Positions 48,366 through 49,037 of a stretch of 49,037 nt of DNA are shown in pieces (positions within the stretch are counted from its first letter, which is position 1; every line of letters begins with the position of its first letter). The stretch is from IMG/VR virus record IMGVR_UViG_2778261529_000004. One strand, given 5' to 3'. The DNA is from a virus. Taxonomy: Duplodnaviria; Heunggongvirae; Uroviricota; Caudoviricetes. A program made the translations under genes and the position numbers. The notes under the pieces are model-generated. The model made no database searches. It was not told the origin of the DNA and saw only the letters and a program-made list of their open reading frames with translations.

Positions 48366-49037
48366 ATGAATATGCCTCATTGTGTTCTGCATACAGGAAT
48401 TGATTCGGATTTTGTACTTAGTAAACTGGGCTTTACAGAAAATGATATTCGCGATGCGTTAATGTCTGCTTTATACGAGCGACGCAAATCCAGTAAGCTC
48501 CACCCTAAAGTGGATGCTGGATTCCGCTTTTGGAGTGAGATGGTTGCCGCGCTTCGCCGTATTCTGATTGGTAAGGGTAACGGCTGGTCTTCTGAAGTAG
48601 TCAATCGCATGGAAATGGTCGTTAATTCAAGCAAAGGGGTTAATCTGATTATTACCTCAGGTGACGGACATACCGGGCGTCCTGATGGATTGCCTAAAAC
48701 CAAAAATGCAAAGGGAGAGGCAACTCGCTCGATTGTTCACAACAATCCGGGTACATTCGATATGTTCCAAGCAGATACCTTACATTCAGGCAAAGCTGAG
48801 ATCACGCCGATAGATAGCACCCGAACTTATATCGTTCTGTATTATTATGATGCGGCAAATAAAGAAATTCGCTGTGAGGTGTCGTATCCGGTAGGGATGG
48901 TGAATCAGGACGGATTTGCCAGAGTAAGCGCGTGGAGTGAGCGAATTATTTTAGCTCCTCTGCAATTTGAAGGTGCGGATATTTTCCCTGAACAGGATTT
49001 TGATGATGACATATCAATTTCAGTTGAAAGCAAATGA
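48366..49037 (+). CDS. Hypothetical cargo protein at the prophage right end (about 223 aa)
   Basis: Complete ORF (stop at last window base) with its own promoter-like sequence and RBS, separated from tail genes by an intergenic region; no recognisable motif. Confidence 0.5.
   Translation: MNMPHCVLHTGIDSDFVLSKLGFTENDIRDALMSALYERRKSSKLHPKVDAGFRFWSEMVAALRRILIGKGNGWSSEVVNRMEMVVNSSKGVNLIITSGDGHTGRPDGLPKTKNAKGEATRSIVHNNPGTFDMFQADTLHSGKAEITPIDSTRTYIVLYYYDAANKEIRCEVSYPVGMVNQDGFARVSAWSERIILAPLQFEGADIFPEQDFDDDISISVESK

Noticed and set aside
1-49037. CRISPR arrays, tRNA or rRNA genes
   Set aside because: No regularly spaced direct repeats with unique spacers and no tRNA-like cloverleaf candidates were seen by eye; the only repeat clusters found are short iteron-like, pac-like or coding tandem repeats.

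Overview
This window reads as most of a mosaic temperate prophage from an Enterobacteriaceae (E. coli-like) host; no searches or computations were run, so every call rests on reading the ORF translations and the DNA by eye. From left to right: (1) a Rac-like early-left arm on the minus strand (integrase, excisionase-like, Lar/RalR, RecT/RecE, RacC, YdaE, KilR, YdaF/YdaG); (2) an immunity switch (RacR-like repressor divergent from YdaS/YdaT-like genes); (3) replication genes with iteron-like repeats, then a small Dam-like methyltransferase; (4) an AT-rich, opposite-strand two-gene cassette (310-aa soluble protein translationally coupled to a 184-aa four-helix membrane protein); (5) a hok-like type I toxin, nin-region genes and a Q-like antiterminator; (6) an AraC-family regulator inserted between Q and the lysis cassette; (7) a ParB-like/transferase-like pair, terminase, portal and head genes; (8) a contractile Mu/P2-like tail and baseplate interrupted by an AT-rich PD-(D/E)xK nuclease gene flanked by terminators; (9) two tail-fibre/chaperone sets and a promoter-equipped cargo gene at the right end. 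The best candidates for an undescribed system are the two-gene sensor/membrane cassette (13381-14864) and the nuclease moron in the baseplate operon (40101-41261), followed by the right-end cargo gene and the ParB-like/transferase pair. No CRISPR array, rRNA or tRNA gene was recognised.
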